Below are positions 47,901 to 60,400 of a DNA stretch of 64,000 nt, piece by piece (the first letter of the stretch is position 1; every line of letters starts with the position of its first letter). Location: assembly GCF_001949145.1 (NCBI RefSeq), contig NW_019091362.1, forward strand, positions 2,964,204-3,028,203. The letters run 5' to 3'. Source of the stretch: Acanthaster planci (lineage: Eukaryota). The notes beneath the pieces were generated by a model that did no database searches, had not been told where the DNA came from, and was given only the letters and a program-made list of their open reading frames with translations. The position numbers were made by a program, and so were the translations under genes.

Positions 47901-50900
47901 CAGTTATGACAATAAATGGGCTCCCGTCTTCAGTTTAACGAAGGGGAAAGTTCGGCATCTCGGACGGTGGAAATTGCCTCCGTTAAAACCCCCGGTGTTG
48001 TGTCTCATCCGCGGAGGGAGAATCATCGCACCGAGGCCGGCAAAAAGAGAGAAGGCAACCGCAATCACAATCATCCGTGTATTTCTGAACGAAACGATTA
48101 CGGCTGGGTCCCGACGGTAAACGAAAGCTTATTGATTAATGCTTGGTGGACCAGCGGCTGTGCAGGTGGCTCCGTGGACCTGGCAGATCTCGCCGGCTTC
48201 CGGCGAGCAGCGGTGGGGGGAAAAGCGGGGCGAGTTTTTTTGCCCGGCCGCGCTCACCGTCCGTCTAATTAATCGTGTGATCACTCACAAACGGTGGTAT
48301 AATGACGGGGCAAACCATGGCCGGTATACGTGGCGGGTTACATGCCCGTTACCCACTCCTCGGTATTGTGTAAAAGGAAATGTGTAATATGTCACTGTTA
48401 AATCCTCTCTGCTAAACCGTCAATCTTTGCCTGAAATGCCGAAAGGCCGGTTACAGAAACCCCATAATTATCGCAAAGGCTTATGATATTGTTCGATCAC
48501 GAGACAGTGGTATTAAGCAGGTATTGCTTTATTAATTTGTAACATTTTCCTAAAGAAGGAAAAACAAATCATGGAATAAGTTGATTGTATTCGACGTCCG
48601 GTGGTTAGCTTTTAGCTGTACAAGAAGTGTGGGTCGATGTAACTTGGTATATGTACTTGAATACACCTAACCATCAGTTGTTTCTAGCGCTGTTACATTA
48701 ATATAGTCAGTTTGATGCCGTGTCAATTTTAGTCTACTCTCAAATAGCATTAGCTTTGTTTTGTAGCGACGGGACTTTTTAACATTGGGGACTAAAACAA
48801 ATGAAATCACGTATGTGCGGTAACTTTGCCATACAAAATAAATGCTTGTTTGCTTGTTTTATTAAATTAGATTGAGGATTTTGTGCCATTTTGCTTCGTT
48901 GAAATGTGATACTGTTTCTTTAAAAATGAAATGAAGTGTGAATTCGATGACGCATGGCACTTTATTTCATACAGAAACACCTTGTCAAATTAATTCATCA
49001 AACGTGGCTTGCTGTTTTGAAACACTGTGAAAGCCTTTGTTATTTGCTGTTGATAACTAACATATCACTTTGTGCACATTCCACAGAATATCAGCAACAA
49101 GTTGCTCTAAATGTTAAACTGATTGATATTTGGTCAAAATGTAAGACAAAATATATTATGTATATTTAATTTAATACCAATTTTCCGTCGAAAAGATGTC
49201 ACATAGTTTTTCTCCTTCGCAAAGCATTTGTCCTACCTTTGGTCCTATCTTGTGATATTTTGCTCTCCAGGTGAGGTCTGAGCTAGGCAGCAAGGCAATG
49301 TCTCAAAGACACAACCACACCGTCCATTAGCGTGTGTTCCGGCACCATGTGTGGCACAAAAAAAGCCCCGGAGCTTCAGAGGCAATAGGATACAGCTCTC
49401 ATTTCGGTTCCCTCCAACAGGGAGAAATCCTCCACGCCACACTACACAATCTGCCGAGTCCAGTTATCTCAATATGTTGATCTCTTTGCCTGGCCACAAG
49501 TTTACGGGATGTCCACTCGAAGGACGAGATGCAACCAAGACCCTGGAACTTTCTGATTTGAAAAGCAAGGCTGTTCGTCTTCTGTAAGAATTGGCCGCTG
49601 AAGAGTCCCGCTTTTTCTTTTCTCGAGTTGTCAGTTAGACAGCCCACGAAGTTTCAACTGGATGAGTAGCACGATAATGCGCGGTGTCAGAAATGAAATT
49701 CAGGTCGCCGGGGGACAGCGCAGGTAAGAGGTCTGTGTGGTTCTGGCGGTCTTTTTATTCCGTGATGGACTACGCATTCCCGCCCTCCGGTGATGACGTA
49801 AATGTTGCCGACGACATCCGTCAACAGAGCTGTTAAAAAATAAGACAACTTCCCACTCGTGAAAATTTCTTGCACGGATTAAGCATGCGCAGTTCAATTC
49901 CATCAAGGTGGTGAATCTAGACGTCCTCTGGAAAATCTGCAGAACCGCGGGTTGCCATAGATATTGAGATATTGCGCACGCATGCGCAAGGGATGTCTAC
50001 TCCCCGAAACCGCAAACTGTTGCGGACGTCACCCCAGCAGTTGTCACCAATTGTTGCAAAACAGAGAGATGAGATGAGATGCATCTCCACGCTTACATTT
50101 TGTTGCAAAAAATCGCTGGAAGAAGGCAAAGCTTTTAAGGCCTGAGGCGATCTGCGCATGCGTCAAAGTTTGGTCTCAAGCAGCAGTGTGTTAGATTTGG
50201 GGCAAAATAAAGAGTAAAATTGTCCGTGTGAGCCGCTCCCGCCGCGAAGAGGAACAAACTACCAGCGCTCTGGGCGATCTGAGGTGACATAAAATTCGCC
50301 GAGCTGCCCTCTGGGGGGAACTCCGCGCAGCAGCGAATGAAGATCAGAATTTCCATTTTTATTTCTCCCGGCTCAGCTCAAGTTAACGCCAAAATTAGCC
50401 GCGCAATAGTGAAACAAATTGGTTGGCTTCGCGCTAATCAGACGCGGCGGTGACAAGGGGCCCCGGTGTCCAATCGCCGAGGTTAACACCGACGCGGGAC
50501 CCGGGTCTAATTTGTTGTGCCTGGAACCTGCGAGAGAAACACTATGTGACAACCACCCGGAGTGGCCGGGAGATGGTTGGCAGGAGGAGAGACGGACACC
50601 AACGTTCCCGGGTTAACTCGGCCCTGGGCCCCGACAACAAAATAAGAGTACGCGGTAACAAAAACAACAGTCGGAATATCGAATGTTGGCCGCCGAGAAT
50701 TGGTTCCCAGAGTTCGGCTGTACTGTTGCACCTCTTTAAATTCTGAACAAAAAAAGTGAAGATAATATAAGTGGTTCCTTTTTCTTCAGATGCCCATAAT
50801 GGTTATTGAATCTTGGTTCTTTTTGTTATCAATTTTGATGAATTGGCAAATGGACAACTTCGTCAAATGCGACGAACACCCACTCTGTTCGTTTTTGCAG

Positions 50901-53519
50901 ACTCCAACGACGACCAAATATTAACTGGTAAATACAGTGGATTCTGCTTTTAAGGTTAAAGATGACACAAGTGCAATATTCTCTCGGAATGATAAATCAA
51001 AAACACTGAGAATAGGTTTGAAATATAATTTTGCCCATCGCCCTGATGCCCAGAATTAAATTCGACATAATGTGTTGGCTTGATCGGTATTCACACCGTT
51101 GTATGGCACAGATTTTTTCCAGGATAAAAAAACTTAAGACCTACATAATTAACTCACTGCCGTATAATTTTCCTGTCTCTGTGCAGTTTCTTAACTTCAC
51201 GGAGCAACGTCACGTGTCTGCAGCCGCAGCAATAAATCAAATGCTTTTCTCTTTTTGCTCCAGGCTGTCAATATTAAGCAAGAATATGTTGGGGGGGGTT
51301 CTCAAGTTGCCCAACGAATTCCGCTCGGAGTGTTTCGTTTGGCGGGCTTTTGTGGCGCTCGAGTGTCCTGCGTGGACAATCGGCTGAACAGTGTTGCCGC
51401 TACTGGCCCAATTCCTTCTAATGAAGCAAGTGCGTCTATCCGGGCCCTGGAGTGTGGGCCACTTATAAGCCGATTCAGAGGCCCTTCAGAGCGCTAGGAG
51501 AGCCGCTGAAGTCTTTGATACTTGGGGAACTTAATTGAAACCCGCGCGTTGGCTCGCTAGGTTCGTCGGTCGGTATTACGGGCGGACACTGGAAGGGGGG
51601 GAGGGTCGGCGTTTGGTGTTGGGTCTTAGCTGCTGTATGTGTAACATGATTGACGGGATCATTGGTACAACGGCAACTGGTGTGCCATTGAGTGTTCCCC
51701 CGATGCGGTGACTAGCTGGAAAACGTACACACAGGATGGGACAATGGGACCGCGAGACTCTGGTCGCGCGCCAAAAGCGGTTAACTAAATACTGGGATTG
51801 TCTCTCCGTTGTTGTTGTGTGTGGACAAAATTAATATCTTCCCCTCCGACTTGTATTGTCAATGGGATTTGTTTTGATATCGGCCAGTTGATTGAATAAG
51901 CCGGAGTGAACATATTTGATTGGACATACTCTGCTCTTATGAGATACATGTCATTTCTTTTTGTGTAGGTCTAGTCTCTGTGCGTGTGCGTTCGAGTCAT
52001 TCTGTACGTTCTTTGTCCTGGGTGTTTACTTATTTTTCTGTGAGGCACAGCTCGAGTGGCGAAGACTTCACGCTGCATAATCTTGCCAGACAGAAATCAC
52101 AAATTGTATGTATTTTCGAGAGGAAGAAATAAATTGATTTTTCCTCTTTATTATCTTCAAACCATATATTTCAATATGTCATTGCCTAAGTTCCCCATCT
52201 TATATTGCCTTGTTTGTCAACCTATTTTCGCTATTACATTACAAAAATTACATGAAGTGCCTATACACTATAAAACTTTAATTTGTCAAATTGAAATTTT
52301 GTCGAGCGATGATAACAAAATATTAATTTGTAACGTTATGCAAATTGTACACTGAGATATAACAGAGCTCATTTTAAACAACTTTTTTTTTTACAGAGGA
52401 GGCCTTCAGTGTATTTTAAAAAAAAAATATTCCGTCCATCAACATACCAAATCTCTTGTTTTTATGGAACTAACTTTTATATCAACTGAGCCGAGAGGAT
52501 ATTTCAAATAATTATATTTCTTGACCTTGCTGTTCGTCTGTGAGAGTGTTATATTGTCTGGTATCCTGTCATCTTCTTCTTATCTGCTATCAGCTCTCTG
52601 TCAGTCGGTCGGCTGGACCATTAGTCATTGTTAAGATATGCCTGTCTGCGGTGTTATGGAAGACTTTGAATCTCCAAGTCTCAAGTTTGTCAGTGCTGTG
52701 TGTCATTTCGGGATGTACGTGTAGTGTGTGTGTGTTATTTCTCCACCAGGGCCCATCGGGCTGTCTTACCCCCCGGGCTTGATCTCACACACAGGCCCGG
52801 GCGGCTCTCGGCATCTCGGGGACCATGTCCCCCGCAATTAATGGGTCTACCGTCTTGCACAGGGCTTAACAAATCTATCTGATGAATCAGATGTCGCTGA
52901 CAACTTGCATGTGACATAATCCTCGGCGGGGGAACATGAGAACCGCTCGGTTCTCAGTGGTGCGGAAATGGAGAGACCTGATCAAACTCAATTGCATGCA
53001 GCTCGACCTGGGCCACCACCCCTTCTCACGAGGGCCATCCAGAGTTAATGAAAAAATGGGAGCCCCGATCTGGGTTTCTCGTGTTCAGCGCGGGCGACGG
53101 TCGGGGTAGCACAATGGCTAAAGGGTCAACGTTTTTTTAGTCCGGCTGAAAATTGGCTAATTCAAGACAATCGGGGGGGGGGTTGCTGAAAACCACCTCC
53201 GATTCATGCTGCCGAGGTGTCTGATTATAGCGTGAAACGGATACGACCGAGATCTGTACCGGGGCGACGTGAGATCACACCGTGTTGCAAAATGGGCGGA
53301 AAACAGCCTGTTCGGAAAGAACATATCGGTATTGAAAGAGGTTGAGTGAGGGTGTGTGCACGGGGGGATTCTTGGCATTGAATTGAGGTTCAAGACGGTT
53401 GGTTATATTGTATACTGTGCTTTAGTCGCACCCAGAGAGGAAATTGTGTTGTCATTTTGGGTTTGTTTTCCGTGGTTCCCTTTTCTCGTCTCCCAGTCAA
53501 AACTATGAGCAAACCCGCC

Positions 53520-53610
53520 CCGGCATTGTGCCGGCACAATGGGCCACGCGTCCCAGCGAGCAGTGTAAAGTTGATCAAGGGCACGCGACAGGGCCGATTG
53601 TCCGCACTTC
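53520..53610. promoter_or_regulatory. Candidate neurogenic cis-regulatory module (Sox palindrome plus HES class-C sites)
   Basis: CATTGTGCCGGCACAATG palindrome at 53524-53541; CACGCG at 53545-53550; GGCACGCGAC at 53580-53589. Confidence 0.45.
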
Positions 53611-56600
53611 GCTTCTCCATCCGGAAGGGGAGGGCAACGAGACCCGTAACATCGCGGGCACTTTTGTGGAAGTGTTGACCGAGACTACCCCTCCCCCCCA
53701 AAAAAAATTAAAAATCGGTGAAAGGAAATTGGGAAGCAAAATGTGTCAGGTAGTGATGTCGTCGTGTTTCTCGGGAGAACACTTGTAAAAAATGTGAGGA
53801 GGTGTACCAGATTGAATAATGCGACCCTCAATAACATTAGTGTAATGAACTGTATGAGTGAGAATTAATTCACGTCTTGTTTGCTACGCTTGTATCTTTG
53901 GGTGAACTTAGACAACACGATGGCACACGTTAACCATCCTTTCCCCTTTCCTCCAGATTTCAATTTGTCATTCAATCTTTTTTAATCCTGGGCCCGTTGT
54001 AATTCTGCCTGGCATTTTTATTGTTTGCTTACTACTTGCTCTTTAAGAATTTCCATTGAGATTAAACAAATCCACAAAGGTTTCTCCTTATGCGATGCGA
54101 AAATATAAAAAAAAGTACTAATAGGTCCAAATTCTTTTGTTTTTACGACTGAAATGTAGAAGCGTTGTCGTACTCAAGTTGTAATGCACTTTAAGGAGAT
54201 CTAAATCATACAGGAACATTCACGCAGTTTTTTCAACCCATTTTTATACCTTTCTTGTAAACTCTGATGTAATTCCTAAAAACCATTCCATTCACCCCAA
54301 AACAGAGTTTGACCCTGCAGACATTGCAGGTCAATTTTACATTCGCTCTATGCCATTCTGGCTGAACACGGCCGGAACTGTGCACAATCGTCCCCATGCA
54401 ACATATAGATACAAATAGCCTGGGTTTCTTATTTAAATCAAAGCTTGGCAAACAAGGTCTGCGCGTTATGTATGACTCAAGATTACCAGGAGAAAATAGC
54501 TGAGCTCGGACTGTTTTGTCGATGTTGTAGCCGGCGGGTGAGAATCCGTACCGTAACTAGGGCCACACGCGCCTGCGTCATCGGAACCGCACCTTCAAGA
54601 CCGTCTCCCTGAAATACAGAAACAGAAAGGAGGAAAACATGGAGGGCCAAAGAAAAAAAAAGGTACAAATCAATGCCTCACCGATCACTGGCTGAGCAAA
54701 TCCCTATTAGTTACACTGGAGAGTTTAGGATGGGGGGGGGGAAAGAGACTCGGACGGAGAGATGCACCCCGGCAAGGCGCGCTGGGGCTGATGGACGCGA
54801 CATCGATCGATAAAATCTCATTAGATTCTGCCGGGGCGCGGGGAAGGAGAGGGGGGAGAGCTGGAGAAAAAGAGAGAGAACGAGAGGACACGGAGACAGG
54901 ACGAAGAAAGAGCCCTGGACGGAGCTAGGGAGAAACGGCTCTATGATTTCACCTGGCGCACCTGTGCACAACCCGGCACTTTAGGGGCGCGCTGGGGCAA
55001 ACATACCCCCGTCTCTAAGGAGCTGTTAAAGGAGGCAAGACTCGCCGCGGTCGCTGGAAGCCCCCAGATAATTACATCGTTTCTGAATACGATTAGACGC
55101 ATCAGCGGCAGGGCCCGGCAATATTGCTGTTTCAGATGCTTGAGCGGAGGGACCTCTCCGTTTGCTGTTTTTCCGTCCCTTTTTTTCGGAGGTGTTTAAT
55201 GCAAGGAGCCCAGCGAGCGCAGGGACTGATTAACCATGTTCATATGTACCACTTGCTGAGAAAATATTTGAATAACATTACTGGAATAGCTCCACGAGTT
55301 CAAAACGAACTTGTTATTAAATTGAGAGATAATGGATTGCATCTCATAAATGTTGAGAGTTGTGTTCCTTGACCACTAGATTCGAACAGATAAGGACTGT
55401 GGGTTTAATTAACTTTTGCAGAGAATCAGCCAACCTCGTAGTTTTCATGTTTACCTACCTGATTACAGTTTATAAATATAACACAATTTCCGAGTTTTAT
55501 TCACCAGATATTGAATTTGTTTTTGCAAAAAAGGTGGGAAATAATGTCAGTTGTGGTTATAAAATGTTCGTATCCACATGTTACTGCACAACATTGTGCA
55601 TGTAGGCCCATGCATGTGAATCAAGTGCTCGTTCGTCGAACTGTTCTGTAAATCTTTTAGCTGTGCCGTGCTGAGCTCTGCAGTCCTGTGCCGAGCTTTG
55701 CCATGTTGTGCTGTGCTGCTTTGGCGGGACTGGATTATCCAATAGACACTCTGGACCTAGGAAAAATTCGGAGGATACTAAATTACCAAGTATGCAATAA
55801 GACACACCTCACACCAGAGAGCGCGCAAATACAAGATAGTTTCTGCAGGTTTTAGAGTCTCTCTCAATAAGCCAGCTTGGTTTTACAAATAAGCAAGGTC
55901 ATTCGGGAACAAAGCACTCTCGCTGGTCTTCGTAGGGCTGTGCTGATGGGGAGAAAGTGCACGCGTGTCCGAATGACTTTGGACGCGCTTCATGTTGGGC
56001 ATACGCCGTTGCAATACCCAACCAACTCATCGTCGACCAAGGGAAATTTTCTAACAATCCAAGCTGAGCATCATACGCGGAACTCCTTTGCTTGCCAATC
56101 GATGCTGATCGCTTTTGAGTTAAGATCTATGGAACACTGGTGCCTAAGGCCTATGAAACATTTTTGCCGGGCCCCGGTGTGCTGTGTGGCTCTATGTCCT
56201 ACGGCGCTGCGCTGGGGGGGGGTCTAGAACCAAATTTTCAGGGGGGGGTGAGGCCGAACTTTTTGGGGGGAGGGCAAAAAATTGGAATTTGTTCATGTAA
56301 CTTTTTATGGGGTGAGGCTGCATTTTGGGGCTTTTTACACGCTTTTGGAGGAGTGACGAAATAAAATCGCCTTTTCCTCATTACTACAAAAAATTGGCTC
56401 CGCTTTTTTGGGGGGGTGAGTGGGTGAGGGTGAGTTTGTTTCTGCATTCAATTGGGGACCCTGAACAATAGCGGACAATAAGGTCCCCGATTGACAACTG
56501 TGTACAAAACATATGGGTGGTCTTCTAAAAAAAAGTTGAAGTACAAACAAAAGAGGAACATTAGGGGGTCCCCAGTTGCAGGCAAATACACACTTACATG

Positions 56601-56654
56601 TGTGTGGGGCGGGGGGAGTGGGGGAAGGTGGCCCCGTAAGCCCCCTGCATCCGC

Positions 56655-57085
56655 CCGAGCTGTGCTGTGTCCTTAAGTTCTGTAGTGTGTCGTACTACGT
56701 TGAGCTGTTCTCCTCTGCTTGGTGCTGCGCTGTGCCATACCGTGTCCTGCCATGTCATGCTGTGGTTTGCTGTGCTGTTTTGTGTCAATCTGTGTTGCGT
56801 TGTCAAGTGCTGTGTCCTTCTATCCTTTTCCCCTCTGTTTTATTGGATCATGTCATGCAACCATTGCTGTGTAGTGCTCTCCTCCGACATGCTGTGCTAC
56901 CCTGTGCCATGCCGTGTCGTGCTGTGGTATCATGCTATGTTGGGCTGTGTTCGTGAAGTAGTGTGTTGTGTCGCACGGCACTTTCATGCTGTATTTTGCT
57001 GTGATATGTCATGCTATACAGTGCTGTCCTGTGCCATACCATGTCACGCTTTGTTACGCTGCGTTGTGCTGTGCTGTCGTGAAGT
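56655..57085. repeat. Degenerate (GCTGT)n pentanucleotide satellite
   Basis: Repeated gctgt/gtgct/catgc units; related short tracts at ~55660-55720 and ~56175-56215. Confidence 0.85.
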
Positions 57086-57190
57086 GTAAAACTAGGCTAC
57101 ATGTTATTCGTAGCCTACAGCGGTCTCCTGCATTGTACTTTTGTGCTGTCAGCACATTAGAGGTTAGCCTGTGGTAAGGATTTGCGGGAA

Positions 57191-57408
57191 CACCATAGAA
57201 TATATCTCTTCAAGAAGAGGTGGGGTTCTGAAAAGAACCGGTGAGTGTCAACTCGACGTTTCGACCAGGATGCTCTGTCCTCAGAAAGAATGGCTGAAAC
57301 GTCAAGTTAACACTCACCGGCCCTATTCAGAACCTCACCTCCTCTTGAAGAGATAGATCCCATGGGGTGCTACTACTTCCACCATGCAAAGTTTTAAATC
57401 TTACTTTG
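57191..57408. mobile_element. Two inverted copies of a Penelope-like repeat end, forming a hairpin
   Basis: ATCTCTTCAAGAAGAGGTGGGGTTCTGAA...CCGGTGAGTGTCAACTCGACGTTTC mirrored by GAAACGTCAAGTTAACACTCACCGG...TTCAGAACCTCACCTCCTCTTGAAGAGAT. Confidence 0.7.
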
Positions 57409-60400
57409 AATTTAGCCTCTTCTTGATGTGCCCTACGTTGCCACGCCTCGTTTAGGTCTTCCCTTCAGTTTGCTGAACGTAAGAAGACCTGGTATGAAAA
57501 GTCGAAGAGGCAGCACAGTTCGGTTCAAACCGATATATATCCAGTGGCCCCTTCGTCATCTGGAATTAATCAATATCCTGCTGACAGTCCACTAAGCCGG
57601 CTGGAGGATGTCTTCAAGTGTGCGGAAAACATCCGCGTAATTGCGCGGATGCATTGAAGGTGGCGCCTGATGTTACCCAGCGGGGACGGAGTTTTGCTCC
57701 CGGGGGGAAATATATACAGCGTACAGGGGGAAAGAGGAAAAGAATTGATCACATTTCATAACAGTATTTATTTAAAAACAAAATCAAGATCGTGTTGTGT
57801 GGGTGGAAAAATTGACATTATGCTTATTTTAAGTGAATGTTTAAAGTGCTATTGAGCTTGTAATGGCAGATGTCCTGTCCTGCGCAGACGCTTTGAAAAT
57901 CTAGATAGAGTGAAAACGCCAACAAGTCACATTCACAACTTCGCCTGCCATATAAGACCCGTGATTACGAAATTTTCATTCAATTCATATTTTTCAATTC
58001 GTCTGCATTTGCTGGGAAGTGAACAGTAGTTTTTAATCGCGAGGAAGTTTGCGGTAATTTCCAGAATGACGCATTTTATTGATATGAGAGTGGCATAATG
58101 ATTTGAACTTGTTTACATGTTTTTTGTTGTAACTTGCAAAACTATGTCTTTTTAGGAAAGGTTTATACACAATCGTGTAAAACAGGAATGGTCGCCAATT
58201 TTGCAGTAACAAGTGGAATTTGTAAATATTCGATGGTGTTAAATTGCATAGTTCTCCCATTTTTACTTGCCCATATCATAACTTTGATATTGAAGGCACA
58301 GGCCATCCTGTGGTTTTTGATGCAATTAATTGGGCCAGCCTGTATCAACTGAAATATTAAACAAACTCGGCTGGAGCGATACTTTCACACGAGATCGTCT
58401 TTACCGAACGACGCGGCGCGACGCCGGGGCGTAAGACGGACGAGCTCGACGGCGTGGGAACCGATCGAAAACGGAGATACGCGCCTACTGCAACAGGAAA
58501 TTTAAAGTGCGATTTGTTTCTTGTGCCCAATTGGGGCACTAGAGTGTAAGATTCTTGTTAGGCCTAAGCGATTTTTGTACCTTATTTTTCCCACAGTCTC
58601 CGTAATGTCATCAAAGTGCCTAGATTTCCATGCGGACACATGAACAAAATGCAGATATATCCCCAGCAGACTGGGATACATGTACTTTTGTAGACAATCG
58701 GTAACGTATGTATAGCCTTTCCACATTTCGAGCTGGCTAAAGTCAATTTATACTAAGTGGTTAACCGAGTTTAAAGTACGTTCTTTCGGTGTCTCGGGCT
58801 ATTTTTGAAATCCGGTTTGCGTTGAGGTCGATTTCAAATCAGTTTTGATCAATAAATTTTGTATCACTTTACTTCATTTCATCATGTTAATGTTGACAAG
58901 ATTGGCTTATTATTTTCGGCATAGCAGCCATGCCCAACCAGGATGAATGAAACTTTGTCCAGAAAATTATCCGATTGCCACCCGTTCTTATCGGATTTGC
59001 CTACCCGGTAGTCGGTCAAAATGGCCACAAAGGCTTCCCGTTAAGAATTCCATAACGCTCGGGGCGAAACAATAAAGCAACCACTGGTTTTCCCGTGATG
59101 CACTAAGAGGACTCAACTTTCTTCGTTTCCCTAACAAAAGATCGTCTGCTAATAGTCCCACGGTAACAGAATCCCCGGCAAGTTAGAGAAAATACCCCGC
59201 CTATTGAGTTGCTACATTAAAGTACCAGAACAAATGAGAAATAAACAGCGAGCCGGTTTCAGTTCCTTTTCTTTCCTAATGTGACACCCTTAGTTTTAGG
59301 GGGTGGGAGCCGTGGTCTCTCGTCCTGTTTGCCGAACGACAGTGAATTTGGATGGACGGTTCCCCTCGCACGTCGGCCGGGCAATCGGTCGTGACGTTGA
59401 TCGCTTCCACCTGACGATACACTGACTTTTTTGGGGGGGGAGGGATCGGTCGGTCTCCGGAAACTATGCTTGAAGTTCAACTGTATCCGTGCATGCCTGT
59501 TCGCCTCGCTTTGCTTATGAACGCGATGTACACGATGAAAGTAAAAGTAAACATATTGTTTCAATTTCGTAAAAAAGCCTCCGCATAACTTCCACAATGT
59601 AAAACATTCTTTCAGGAAAAACACGTGCGTATTTCATTACATCTGGAAGAGAGTTTATGTGAAACAAGTTATTGTCTTTATCGAGTTGACCATAGCTGGT
59701 CGATGACCTCTGTTTGAAGTGTGTACTAAAATAAATGGGAGAGGCCTTTTGTAAGGTGAAAGGAGTTTGAACAGTCTGCCATTTGGCCCTAAGATATTCA
59801 CAGCAAACTGTTTGGAGGTCTGATCACCCAAGAACGGGATGTCTCCCTGTTTTCGTAGCTCCGCAGTGTAATGAATTTCGAAGAAGGGTTTAAAAAGATC
59901 GAGGAAAAATATCCAACCAGTCTCAGTTCCATAAAGGACTTAACTCCATACCAATATAGACACAAGCGAAGCTATTTTTCAAGCACCAGTTTGTCTGTTG
60001 CCAGATCTCAGTCGGAATGTGTCTACCTCTGATACCGTTGACTGACTGCAGTATGATCTTGGAACCTATGCCACTTGCTACTTGCTACGAAAGAAGAAAT
60101 GTCTTCGAAAGAATCTTCATTCAATTTATTTGGTCCCCATCTGGAAATGAAACGCCCACCTTGTCTGGCCTCTCTATTCGGCTGCAAAATATCCAGTAAC
60201 AAAGAACATGGTCATGGGCGTGGCTAAGGAAGGGTGTATCCGGGAAGGGAGTTGACGGTACTGGAGCATGTTGCCAGTTCTTATTCTTTTCAAGGAACGG
60301 GGCGCTCCAGCATGCTGCATGCGGTTCTACCCCCGTCTGGGATTTGAGGATTTTTTTACGGATGAAAATAATTGGACAGTAGGTTTTTGAAACAAAATCC

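Noticed and set aside
56576..57177. Cys-rich ORFs resembling metallothionein or keratin-associated proteins
   Set aside because: They are translations of the degenerate (GCTGT)n satellite, open in several frames.
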